A stretch of DNA of 64,000 nucleotides, from assembly GCA_963805085.1 (NCBI GenBank), contig CAWDTA010000002.1, forward strand, positions 128,001 through 192,000. The letters run 5' to 3'. Below the pieces are notes generated by a model. It was not told the DNA's origin, did not search any database, and was given only the letters and a program-made list of their open reading frames with translations. Made by a program: the position numbers and the translations under genes. Source of the DNA: an uncultured Veillonellaceae bacterium (GTDB taxonomy: Bacteria; Bacillota; Negativicutes; JARBTT01). Below, piece after piece: positions 10,287 to 19,056 of this stretch. Position 1 is the first letter of the stretch, and each line of letters begins with the position of its first letter.

Positions 10287-11789
10287 TTACCAATGTACTG
10301 TGGCAAATTTAACTTGAACACTACGATCTTTCTCAATATAATCTTTGTGGTACGTCAAGCTCATATCCCAACAATGCAAACTATGATTCCAAGTATAATA
10401 CATATCTGCAATTTTTCCATTCGCTACATCATAACTTTGGCTAATGGATACTGCATTCTTAGGATCAAAGCGATAACTAATACCACTTGCAACTTCTTCT
10501 CCCACACTTGAATTATCGTAGTCAAATAACGAATTCTGATTATTATTTTTGGTATAGTGATAGCCAGTATAAACATTAATTCTGTTATTTACTTTTTTAT
10601 TTAAGGTAGCATCATATTTCATGGTATTAATTTGCGAATTATCATAAGATTCTTTTACAATTTCATACCCTGTCCCCAGCGATAAGCTAAGTGTCTTACT
10701 CAAGTGAATCGGATCACGAGTAAAATATAAAGTGTAATCTTGATGCCAACTTGTTTTATCATCATCCGACCATTTACCATAAAGGCCAGTAAAATCATAC
10801 TTCCATGAAGTTCCTACTATCCGTTTTGTAGCTAATTTGAGTTTTAGCTCAGGCTCTTTCTTTATCCAATGATCATCATCATCCAAGAAATCACCTGCTC
10901 TTAACGATAGCGTATAATTAGGATCTTGTTTCGTGATTCCATAGTCATTTTTAGAGCCATGCTTACTATAGTAACCAAGATTAACATCGGCTGTGACACT
11001 ATCTGATAATGCTCTTTCAAAATCTTGTGTAATGAAAACGCCATTCTTACTATTATATCCGACTTTAGGAAAAGGACTCTTATCGTCTTTATTCGTACCA
11101 ATTTTAGCTTCATACCGCGGTGTAGAATAAATAATTTTATCTTTAATCAAAAATTGCGCATCATAAGCAACCATTCTATCATTTGGCCAAATTTCAATTT
11201 TCTTAGCCCGCATATGGTAATCTGGTTTTTTGGCAGGACATTTCGTTACCGTGCCATTATAGATGATATATTCATCAGGCAAAAATTCGATACGTTCTCC
11301 TTTCACATGTTTTTCATAATCAACAACCCCTTTTGCTTGCCCCATATTACCTGTATGCGTTTGATAGTTATAGAAAGTAGAATAACCATCTAAATTCATT
11401 CCCGGCTGCGTAATCTTTGCTTTACCATCTATATTAACTTCTGTACGCTGTGTATTCCCACGAATATCATCAGCATAAACCGCTGCCGGATTTTGCTTGA
11501 TAATAACATTACCTTTTGCATACACGTCACCCGTTTGATTATCGAAAGAAATATCATCTCCCTCAATCGTCACTGGCACCGGTGGCAATGGAGCTTTAGA
11601 TTTCTCTTGCGTTGCATCCTTAGAGATAGTTCCTGTTTTAACTTCTGTGGTTTCACTTTGATCATTGGTCGTCTGCTGAGTAGCAATAATTGGTTCATTG
11701 ATATTTTCTGCTGCTTGGCCTACCCCGCAATGACCTAAGATAGTGTACAAAGTGATCAGACCACAAAGAATTTTTGTTTGCTTTACCAT
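10287..11789 (-). CDS. lptD: LPS-assembly protein LptD-like (OstA jellyroll plus beta-barrel)
   Basis: Signal peptide, OstA-like N-domain, T.C....P.Y...A..I motif, LHCW near the C-terminus, aromatic last residue. Confidence 0.8.
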   Translation of the reverse strand: MVKQTKILCGLITLYTILGHCGVGQAAENINEPIIATQQTTNDQSETTEVKTGTISKDATQEKSKAPLPPVPVTIEGDDISFDNQTGDVYAKGNVIIKQNPAAVYADDIRGNTQRTEVNIDGKAKITQPGMNLDGYSTFYNYQTHTGNMGQAKGVVDYEKHVKGERIEFLPDEYIIYNGTVTKCPAKKPDYHMRAKKIEIWPNDRMVAYDAQFLIKDKIIYSTPRYEAKIGTNKDDKSPFPKVGYNSKNGVFITQDFERALSDSVTADVNLGYYSKHGSKNDYGITKQDPNYTLSLRAGDFLDDDDHWIKKEPELKLKLATKRIVGTSWKYDFTGLYGKWSDDDKTSWHQDYTLYFTRDPIHLSKTLSLSLGTGYEIVKESYDNSQINTMKYDATLNKKVNNRINVYTGYHYTKNNNQNSLFDYDNSSVGEEVASGISYRFDPKNAVSISQSYDVANGKIADMYYTWNHSLHCWDMSLTYHKDYIEKDRSVQVKFATVHW

Positions 11790-11875
11790 ATTTTCTCCTA
11801 TTCTATCTAAACAACTTGCTTAGAGGCGACATTATCAATTTGATAAAGTTAAGAAATAATTCTTAACTTTTCTCT

Positions 11876-11900
11876 ATTCTACAAATATACCTTATTTCCT
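11876..11900 (-). promoter_or_regulatory. Sigma-H-like promoter upstream of lptD
   Basis: Minus strand gaAGGA-N17-GAAT (AGGAaataaggtatatttgtaGAAT). Confidence 0.6.
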
Positions 11901-12000
11901 TCCCTAAAACTATCGGTAATATGTAGAAAACCACAAAGTTCGCAAAATTGTTATCTTTTTTCTGCGTCTTTGTGGTCTCTTAATTTAAAATACTGATATT

Positions 12001-12924
12001 TTATGAAGCCTGCGCTTGAACACCGTGGACAACATTCTCTAATTTAGTTTGAATATACAATTGGGCACCTTCGTCAATTTTGGCACTTTTACCTTTGACA
12101 AATACACCACCGACGATTCCAACAGGTCCTAGTATAGCCAAGCCTGCTACCGAAGCACCAGCAGCCATCGTTATAGATTGTGTTTCTTTTTTCGATTTTT
12201 CACCTAAGAATGTAGTTATCGTGGAACCATCAATGGCTTTTATTGATGTAAAGTCTATTTCAAGCTTTGCATCACGACCAAAGTTTTGCGCTTGTGATAC
12301 TTTAGTCACTTGTCCAATGCCATCAGCACCTTTGGCAAGCACCAAAACACCATCCACCAATACATCTTCAGCTACTTGATAGGTAACAACATCACCAATC
12401 CTTGCTGTTTTGCTATCAATCGTTGAAGTTAACTTAATTTTAACCAATGTATCAGCAGGAACAACTTTATCCGCGACAATAACCGTTCCATTAGCAAAAG
12501 CTAACTTGGCTAATTTATTAATCCGCTCATTGTAGGCACCTGTTTGGGAAATGCCATCAATTAATCCTTCTAATTTTTCAATACGTTCTTTTACCGGTAG
12601 ACTCGTAACTTTATGGTTGAGCTCCCACTCTATACCATTTATTTTGGTTAAAATAGACGGAGCACTAGCAGAACTATCAAAAAATCCATTATATAAACTA
12701 TCAGCTCTTGTTACAACTGCCCCGCTAGCGGCAGTACCATATAAATCAGTTTCTAACTTTGAAATACGCTCAAGTAATGACCCTGTTTGATCATTGCCAT
12801 ATAATGTTTTTTCCACTGCAGAAACTTTATCAATCAGTGTATTCTCTGGTGCCACTTGTGCGGAAACTATCGTTGTGAAAATAAACATGCATACAATTGC
12901 TAGTGATATTGCCTTACGAAACAT
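12001..12924 (-). CDS. Conserved secreted hypothetical protein (repeated R/K-I..LE helical units; C-terminal beta domain with a Gly/Ala-rich hairpin)
   Basis: Signal peptide, RBS AGGGGG, 307 aa, co-oriented with the cluster. Confidence 0.75.
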   Translation of the reverse strand: MFRKAISLAIVCMFIFTTIVSAQVAPENTLIDKVSAVEKTLYGNDQTGSLLERISKLETDLYGTAASGAVVTRADSLYNGFFDSSASAPSILTKINGIEWELNHKVTSLPVKERIEKLEGLIDGISQTGAYNERINKLAKLAFANGTVIVADKVVPADTLVKIKLTSTIDSKTARIGDVVTYQVAEDVLVDGVLVLAKGADGIGQVTKVSQAQNFGRDAKLEIDFTSIKAIDGSTITTFLGEKSKKETQSITMAAGASVAGLAILGPVGIVGGVFVKGKSAKIDEGAQLYIQTKLENVVHGVQAQAS

Positions 12925-12968
12925 ATATTTAAATCCCCCTTAAACTCCACAATACTTTTTATATTAAA

Positions 12969-12993
12969 ATTCTAAGTTTATTTACAAAATCCT
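12969..12993 (-). promoter_or_regulatory. Sigma-H-like promoter
   Basis: gcAGGAttttgtaaataaacttaGAAT, 17-nt spacer, about 45 nt before ATG 12924. Confidence 0.6.
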
Positions 12994-13039
12994 GCTAAAT
13001 AACAAAAAGAAAAGCAGGACATTTGATAAAATATCCTGC

Positions 13040-13282
13040 TAGATTGTAAACATACTATGGACAGATAGGCCGCGGGCAGGCGAGAAGCACCCATCTGCGT
13101 CGTTGCAGCAAGGTGCTGCTCCTCGACGTACGAAAGTACGACTCCTTCGCAACTCCTTGCTACGCCTAGCATCTGAACGCTTCTCGCCAACCGGCAACCT
13201 ATCTTCGCACTAGTTTAGAAGTGGTACGAATTTAGATTGTTTTTATTATTAATATAAATATTTTTATTTGGTCGACAGTCTG
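13040..13282. mobile_element. MITE-like non-autonomous insertion with a GC-rich internal hairpin
   Basis: Flanked by 26-bp direct repeats (13014-13039 and 13283-13308, 23/26 identical); imperfect terminal IRs TAGATTGTAAAC / GTCGACAGTCTG; a partial second copy lies at ~19685-19778. Confidence 0.6.
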
Positions 13283-13417
13283 GCAGGACATTTCATAAAA
13301 AATCCTGTAAAAACTATAGATAATATAATATTGTAGATGATTTGCAACAAAAATAACAAGTCAGCAAGAGACGAATCTCAGACTAGTACTAATGTGAAAA
13401 TCGCAATGAAGGCTTCA

Positions 13418-13855
13418 TCAAATCTTCACATCGATTTGTGCAGATACCCCAACACCTTGTACTCTATTAAAGCTCGTTGGATTTTTACTGTCGATTGGAA
13501 TTAAAGCTTTTATTCTAAATTGGTCACCACTAAAATTGCCTTCGATTTGTAGTACTGCCTGTGTTTCATCGACTGCACTTTGTGGTCCAGTAATTTGTGC
13601 TGCCCCAGTATATGTACCACTACCAACTACAATAATTGGCACCACTTTTGTTGTATAATCACTGCTCACCGAATGTTTCGCTGTCAAAGTATTGATAAAG
13701 TTATTTAACGGCGTAGCAAATTTATCTACTAAAATTGCAATACCGCCAACTTTTAAAATACTACCTAGGCTAAAAGCTTGCGTTGTCTGTACTGCAACCG
13801 TTGAAACAACACTAAATGCAATCATTGATGCAATCACAGTTTTTTTCACATTCAT
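13418..13855 (-). CDS. Conserved small secreted hypothetical protein
   Basis: Signal peptide (TQA/FSL), RBS AGGAGG, beta-rich C-terminus. Confidence 0.8.
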   Translation of the reverse strand: MNVKKTVIASMIAFSVVSTVAVQTTQAFSLGSILKVGGIAILVDKFATPLNNFINTLTAKHSVSSDYTTKVVPIIVVGSGTYTGAAQITGPQSAVDETQAVLQIEGNFSGDQFRIKALIPIDSKNPTSFNRVQGVGVSAQIDVKI

Positions 13856-13901
13856 ACTGAGATACCTCCTAAACTATACTATATGTACTGTATATTCTTT
13901 G

Positions 13902-13926
13902 ATTCGACATGATAAAGTAAAACCCT
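13902..13926 (-). promoter_or_regulatory. Sigma-H-like promoter (AGGG variant)
   Basis: gaAGGGttttactttatcatgtcGAAT, 17-nt spacer. Confidence 0.5.
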
Positions 13927-13965
13927 TCCAAAACAAATTAAGTAAATTCTTCCTTTTACAGACAA

Positions 13966-13998
13966 AAAAATGCTTCTGTCATAAACAGAAGCATTTTT
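13966..13998 (-). terminator. Intrinsic terminator after ompM (14012..15295)
   Basis: AAAAATGCTTCTGT / ACAGAAGCATTTTT hairpin; gives a U-tract on the minus strand. Confidence 0.8.
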
Positions 13999-14011
13999 AA
14001 TAAATCGAAAA

Positions 14012-15295
14012 TTAGAAGTTGAATTCAAGACGACCGAATACTTTTTTAACATCATTATCAGTATCAATATCTTTACCATCAAAGTAAACCACTTTAGCTA
14101 AGATGTTTTTGTCAAGGATATAGTCAACGCCAACTTCTGTACCTTTTTCGCCAAAGCCAACACCATCATAAGTAGGAGAAATAGAAGCCAATTGACCGAT
14201 TTGACGATATGCTACCCATGCGCCAAATGAACCAGGATCGCTTAATTTTGCACCTTTATAAGTCATTTGTGCGCTGTATGAATTTTCTTCATCGCTATCA
14301 AGACCCAAATCACTTGCATTTAAGCTAGACCCTGCATATAAGCCACCTAATTTAAGAGTATTATTGAATTTGTAGTCAAAACCTGCAGTCCAGATACCAT
14401 TATTATCATCGGATAAGTAATTGTTAGTAAGATTATGATAACCAGCAGCTAATGCAAATTTATTTGTATCATAGCCAAATTGAATTGCTTGATAATCAGT
14501 TGCTCCTGTTTTACCTTCTAATGAAGTCTTATTATGAGAAACAATTGAATAATCATCTTCAGCTACACGACCAGCCGTTAATGTTGTTTTTAAAGCTTTA
14601 CCAAATTGGAATTCAGCACCGCTTACTTGAGTATCAATGATTAAACCACCATCGGATAAATTACCACTATCGAATGCAGGGAATTTACCTACTTTTACAT
14701 CTGTACCAAATAAAGGACCTTGTGCATATGCTTGGTCAATTGTTGTTTTTCTGTCTGTGTCAGAATCTCCAGTATTATCATTGTTAAGATCTGCTTTAGA
14801 ATTTAAACGTCCTACTACTTTCCAGTTATCGTTTACTGCAGCATCTACATATAAACGAAGTAATCCAGTAGTAGCATTGCCATCCTCTTTAGTATCTTGT
14901 GTATAATGTTTAGTATCTAAACGTAAATACCCTGAGATTTTCACATTGTCAGTTTTCTTTTCAAGAGCGGCAACGCGAACACCTAAGTTGTTTAATTCAT
15001 CTGCATATTCTGCGGATAATTTGTCGATTGTTGCTTTGTCAGCAGCGCTAACGTTTTCTTTAGTCATAGCTTTTGCTACCATTTGAGCCATTTCATAACG
15101 AGTAATTTTTGCATCGCCACGGAATGTGTTGTCGCCATAACCTTCGATTACGCCTTCGTGTGCTAATTTAGCTACAGCGTCAAAAGACCAATGGTCAGTT
15201 GGAACGTCGCTAAATGGATTTGCAGCAGCAAATGTTGTGCTAGCTACACCGATTACTAGTGCTGAAGTGATTGCAGCAGCAAGTGTTTTTTTCAT
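14012..15295 (-). CDS. ompM: OmpM-like SLH-domain porin (outer membrane-peptidoglycan tether)
   Basis: Signal peptide, SLH (FSDVP..HW, GY.D..F.G...ITRYEMA), coiled stalk (LGVRVAALEKK), beta-barrel ending in F. Confidence 0.9.
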   Translation of the reverse strand: MKKTLAAAITSALVIGVASTTFAAANPFSDVPTDHWSFDAVAKLAHEGVIEGYGDNTFRGDAKITRYEMAQMVAKAMTKENVSAADKATIDKLSAEYADELNNLGVRVAALEKKTDNVKISGYLRLDTKHYTQDTKEDGNATTGLLRLYVDAAVNDNWKVVGRLNSKADLNNDNTGDSDTDRKTTIDQAYAQGPLFGTDVKVGKFPAFDSGNLSDGGLIIDTQVSGAEFQFGKALKTTLTAGRVAEDDYSIVSHNKTSLEGKTGATDYQAIQFGYDTNKFALAAGYHNLTNNYLSDDNNGIWTAGFDYKFNNTLKLGGLYAGSSLNASDLGLDSDEENSYSAQMTYKGAKLSDPGSFGAWVAYRQIGQLASISPTYDGVGFGEKGTEVGVDYILDKNILAKVVYFDGKDIDTDNDVKKVFGRLEFNF

Positions 15296-15363
15296 GATAA
15301 AAATCCCCCTTAAAATAAATATATTTTTTTGTGAGCCTTTACTTTAAGGTGAGAACGAATTTT

Positions 15364-15383
15364 AGAGTATCCACGTTTCCTCT
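15364..15383 (-). promoter_or_regulatory. Conserved ompM leader stem-loop, copy 1
   Basis: mRNA AGAG-GAAACGUGGAUA-CUCU, about 70 nt upstream of ATG; same motif at 17020 and 19037. Confidence 0.6.
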
Positions 15384-15486
15384 TCAACTTTTCCCGCCTA
15401 TTTAGTTCCAGCTCTATATAAGATATACTTTTTGGTAAAGTATATACTCATATCACGCTTAAAAATAATAAAGATTTAACGAAAAC

Positions 15487-15515
15487 TTAATAAATAGTTA
15501 ACAACTATTTATTAA
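15487..15515. promoter_or_regulatory. Perfect 13-bp AT-rich palindrome just downstream of the ompM promoter (candidate operator)
   Basis: TTAATAAATAGTT-aac-AACTATTTATTAA. Confidence 0.5.
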
Positions 15516-15530
15516 TTCCTCACTGATATG

Positions 15531-15559
15531 ATAATACCACTTTCTCTCATGGAAAACAA
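15531..15559 (-). promoter_or_regulatory. Sigma-A-like promoter of ompM (14012..15295)
   Basis: TTGTTT-N17-TATTAT with an extended -10 TG. Confidence 0.5.
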
Positions 15560-15589
15560 TACCTAAATTTAAATTAAATTTTTCAAAAT

Positions 15590-15622
15590 AAAAGACCTTC
15601 TGTTTTCACAGAAGGTCTTTTT
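15590..15622 (-). terminator. Intrinsic terminator after ompM (15636..16943)
   Basis: AAAAGACCTTCTGT / ACAGAAGGTCTTTT hairpin. Confidence 0.8.
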
Positions 15623-15635
15623 ACTAAGTTTTAGC

Positions 15636-16943
15636 TTAGAAACTGAATTGAAGACGTCCGAAGACTTTTTCAACATCGTTGCCGCCAGAGATTTTTTCGC
15701 CTTTGAAATAATCAACATATGCCATAATATTTTTATCAAGCATATATTGAGTACCAACTTGGAAACCTTTTTCGCCATAAGCAGCATCATCATAAGTTGG
15801 ATGTAAAGTTGCAAGTTTACCGATTTGACGGTAACCAGCCCATATACCAAATGAACCTGGAGCACTTTGTTTAACACCTTTATAAGTCAATTGTGCTGTA
15901 TAAGAATTTTCTTCATCTGAGCTTGCATCGCTAGCAATAGCAGTAGATGCATCAGCACTAGAGCCAGCGTATGCACCACCTAAAGTAAGATTTTTACTAA
16001 GCTTATAGTCAAAACCCACATTCCAGATGTTATTCGCATCATCAGTACCAAAAGCATCACTATTGCCTAAATGGAAATAGCCTGCATTAAGTTTTAGTTT
16101 ATTGCTTGCTTTATAATCAAATTGAATTGCATCATAATCAGTAGTGCCATATGAAATAGGAGTGGTAAATTTAGCAGCAGTAGAAGTATAATCATAATCA
16201 CCTTGTGCAATACGAGCAGTAGTTACTGTTGTTTTTAATGCTTTAGTTTGCCAAGCAAATTCAGCACCTTCTACAGGATTATCTAAAAGCATACCGCCAG
16301 TTGTATAACCAGCATTATCAAAGCCACCAAATTTACCTAATTTTGCAGTAGCACCAAATAAAGGACCTTGTGCATAAGCCCAGTCAATTGTTGATTGTCT
16401 GTTGTTAGGAGCAGTAGTATCATCATTATCAAGATCTGCTTTATTATTAATACGAGCTTTTACTGCCCAGCTATCGTTTACTGCAGCATCCACAAATAAA
16501 CGAAGATTTGCAGTAGTAGTAGCAGGAGAGCTAGCACCTTTCTCAGTTGTTTTATTCGAGCCGTCTAAACGTAAATAACCTGAGAATTTTACGTTGTCAG
16601 TTTTCTTTTCAAGAGCAGCAACACGAACACCTAGGTTGTTAAGTTCAGAAGCATATTCTGCGGATAATTTGTCGATGGTTGCTTTGTCAGCAGCGCTAAC
16701 GTTTTCTTTAGCCATAGCTTTTGCTACCATTTGAGCCATTTCATAACGAGTGATTTTTGCATCGCCACGGAATGTGTTGTCGCCATAACCATCGATTACA
16801 CCTTCGTGTGCTAATTTAGCTACAGCGTCAAAAGACCAATGGTCAGTTGGAACGTCGCTAAATGGATTTGCAGCAGCAAATGTTGTGCTAGCTACACCGA
16901 TTACTAGTGCTGAAGTGATTGCAGCAGCAAGTGTTTTTTTCAT
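15636..16943 (-). CDS. ompM: OmpM-like SLH-domain porin
   Basis: Same architecture as 14012..15295; the N-terminal ~120 aa are almost identical. Confidence 0.9.
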   Translation of the reverse strand: MKKTLAAAITSALVIGVASTTFAAANPFSDVPTDHWSFDAVAKLAHEGVIDGYGDNTFRGDAKITRYEMAQMVAKAMAKENVSAADKATIDKLSAEYASELNNLGVRVAALEKKTDNVKFSGYLRLDGSNKTTEKGASSPATTTANLRLFVDAAVNDSWAVKARINNKADLDNDDTTAPNNRQSTIDWAYAQGPLFGATAKLGKFGGFDNAGYTTGGMLLDNPVEGAEFAWQTKALKTTVTTARIAQGDYDYTSTAAKFTTPISYGTTDYDAIQFDYKASNKLKLNAGYFHLGNSDAFGTDDANNIWNVGFDYKLSKNLTLGGAYAGSSADASTAIASDASSDEENSYTAQLTYKGVKQSAPGSFGIWAGYRQIGKLATLHPTYDDAAYGEKGFQVGTQYMLDKNIMAYVDYFKGEKISGGNDVEKVFGRLQFSF

Positions 16944-17019
16944 GAGAAAATCCCCCTTAAAATAAATATTTTTTGAGCTTAAACTTTTCGGGGAAGATAT
17001 TCAAATAAAAGTTAATTAC

Positions 17020-17039
17020 CGAGTTTCCATGTTTCCTCG
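17020..17039 (-). promoter_or_regulatory. Conserved ompM leader stem-loop, copy 2
   Basis: mRNA CGAG-GAAACAUGGAAA-CUCG, within a longer stem (GGAAGAUA / UAUCUUCC). Confidence 0.6.
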
Positions 17040-17065
17040 TAAACTACCTTTATCTTCCTGTCCTC

Positions 17066-17118
17066 CACAATTATGTAACGCTCTTGTACATGATTCTACA
17101 TGATGTTACATAATTGTG
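17066..17118. repeat. Perfect 14-bp inverted repeat in the ompM leader
   Basis: CACAATTATGTAAC ... GTTACATAATTGTG. Confidence 0.65.
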
Positions 17119-17270
17119 CAAGCAAATAACTGGAAGAATCATTATAATCTTGTTAATTTTCTGTTAATTTCTCATTAAATTTGAAAATAAATTAGAAAAA
17201 TCTTTTTATCATAAGTATAACTGATTTTCACACTTGGAATTTATAATTAATTTTTATAATTAAATTTAAT

Positions 17271-17681
17271 TTACTGTTTCTTTAAATATCGTTCAGCTAA
17301 AATAACTGCTACGTAATCATCAACTGGTACAGGTGGAACTCGCATAGTCGTTGGCAATAATCGCCAAAATCCGGTAGGTGGATTGGCTTGCCAATAACGA
17401 ATTTTTGCTGCATCGGTCGTACGATATTCATCGACCAGTTGTAAGGTAATATTTTTTTCAGCACTTACTGCTTCCAGCTGTTTTTTTGCTTTATCACTTG
17501 AGGTGCCATTCCCCATTACAATGGTACTTACTTGATACTCTTCACTTAGCGTTTTCACTGCAGGGATTAAGTCGATCGTATTGATTACTTTTTGGTATGA
17601 AACGCCACTCATTTTCCCCACTACGGCAATGCCACATTTTTCTCTTCCTGGATCAATGGCGATAATGGTTGTCTGCATCAT
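17271..17681 (-). CDS. YqgF/RuvX-like RNase H-fold nuclease
   Basis: IAIDPGREKCG, GNGT, VDEY.TT, VDDYVAV motifs. Confidence 0.8.
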   Translation of the reverse strand: MMQTTIIAIDPGREKCGIAVVGKMSGVSYQKVINTIDLIPAVKTLSEEYQVSTIVMGNGTSSDKAKKQLEAVSAEKNITLQLVDEYRTTDAAKIRYWQANPPTGFWRLLPTTMRVPPVPVDDYVAVILAERYLKKQ

Positions 17682-17720
17682 AGCTCACCTTCATCATTTT
17701 ATGTATATAGCTCTTTATAC

Positions 17721-17749
17721 AATGTAAACATATCTTTAGGGAATGTCAA
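17721..17749 (-). promoter_or_regulatory. Sigma-A promoter of the YqgF-like gene
   Basis: TTGACA-N17-TACATT. Confidence 0.6.
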
Positions 17750-17750
17750 C

Positions 17751-17780
17751 AAAAACCCCCACTAAAATTAGTGGGGGCTT
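17751..17780 (-). terminator. Intrinsic terminator after the third ompM
   Basis: CCCCCACTAA / TTAGTGGGGG hairpin with an A-run on the plus strand (U-tract on the minus strand). Confidence 0.8.
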
Positions 17781-17818
17781 GGTTCAAGAATGATTGACTC
17801 TGAATCTTAAATTTTAAT

Positions 17819-18943
17819 TTAGAATTTTACGTTTAAAGTAGCTGCAGTACGATTTTGTTGTTTATCGCCAGCTTGGTTTTTGAAATCTTGGTATTGAAGA
17901 GTTAATGCTGTATTTTCAGCAACATCTTTTGTATATTTGTATTCCATACCTTTGAAACCTTCATTTAAGAAAGATACATCATTGACTCCAGTAAGACCAG
18001 AGTAGCTTGTGAATGCACCAGCTTCAACATCTTTATAAGTTGCAGATAAACCAAGTTTATTGGATTTTACGCCGTAAGCAATCGCTTTGGCACCAGAATT
18101 GTTTTCTTTGTTATATTCTGCATTTACACTGATATCTTTTGTTAAGCCAACAGAAGTATTTACACCGTAGAATTCTTTATCATTGCCTGTTGTTACATCA
18201 GCTTTCATATAGTTTAAATTGAAAATACCAGCTTGTAGCTCAGCACCGTATAAACGTTCTTTTGCACTAACTTGGTTACCAGCGAATAATTTTACGCTGC
18301 CAATGTTAGATTCAATACCATTGATCGTGTCATCAATGATCATACCAGTACCTACTTTTAAGTCTTGACGACCAATTGCGTTTTCTGCACCAAATGCATT
18401 AAAACCTACATTTGCAGTGTCTAATTTAATACCAGTAGATTCTCCGTCATAAGCGATATCACCACTAGATAAACGAGTGTTGAATGTTAAATCTTGATTG
18501 ATTTTACCAGTAACACCAATACGTGCTCTAAAATCAGTATTATCACTGCCGTTATCAGTAGCACCATAACGAAGACGTGCATCACCAGTAATTTTTGCGC
18601 GTTCTTGTTCAGCTTTTACTTCATCAACTGCGATACCCATGTCTTTTAATTCGCTAGAAAATTCTCTTGCTAATTTTTCTACTGCTAATTTTTGTTCGCC
18701 ATTTAAGTCTTTGTTCATTGCTTTTGCTACGATTTGAGCCATTTCATAACGAGTGATCGTTTTGTCACCTTTGAAAGTGCCATCGCCGTAACCATCAACG
18801 ATACCGTCTTGTGCAAGTACGTTTACTGCATCATATGCCCAATGACCTTTTTGCACATCAGCGAATGGATTTGCAAATACAGGAACTGCAACTGCTAATG
18901 TTAACGCTGTTGTAATCGCTACTTTTAATAAATTCTTTTTCAT
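17819..18943 (-). CDS. ompM: Divergent OmpM-like SLH-domain porin
   Basis: Signal peptide, SLH (FADV..GHWA, GYGDGTFKG...ITRYEMA), shorter beta-barrel ending in F. Confidence 0.85.
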   Translation of the reverse strand: MKKNLLKVAITTALTLAVAVPVFANPFADVQKGHWAYDAVNVLAQDGIVDGYGDGTFKGDKTITRYEMAQIVAKAMNKDLNGEQKLAVEKLAREFSSELKDMGIAVDEVKAEQERAKITGDARLRYGATDNGSDNTDFRARIGVTGKINQDLTFNTRLSSGDIAYDGESTGIKLDTANVGFNAFGAENAIGRQDLKVGTGMIIDDTINGIESNIGSVKLFAGNQVSAKERLYGAELQAGIFNLNYMKADVTTGNDKEFYGVNTSVGLTKDISVNAEYNKENNSGAKAIAYGVKSNKLGLSATYKDVEAGAFTSYSGLTGVNDVSFLNEGFKGMEYKYTKDVAENTALTLQYQDFKNQAGDKQQNRTAATLNVKF

Positions 18944-19036
18944 TTTGTGGAAATCCCCCTTGAATAATTTTTATATTTTTAGCTTGGCCTAATGCCAACA
19001 TACAAGGGTGGACATTTGATTTTCGCTAGCTTTCAC

Positions 19037-19056
19037 TGAGTATCCACGTTTCCTCA
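19037..19056 (-). promoter_or_regulatory. Conserved ompM leader stem-loop, copy 3
   Basis: mRNA UGAG-GAAACGUGGAUA-CUCA. Confidence 0.6.

Noticed and set aside
12978-13190. 70-aa ORF as a real gene or transposase
   Set aside because: It falls inside the GC-rich hairpin element and has no RBS or transposase motif.
13054-13217. tRNA, riboswitch or SRP/6S-type RNA
   Set aside because: No recognisable conserved motifs. The flanking direct repeats and a deleted second copy favour a mobile repeat, though an Rfam scan is still needed.
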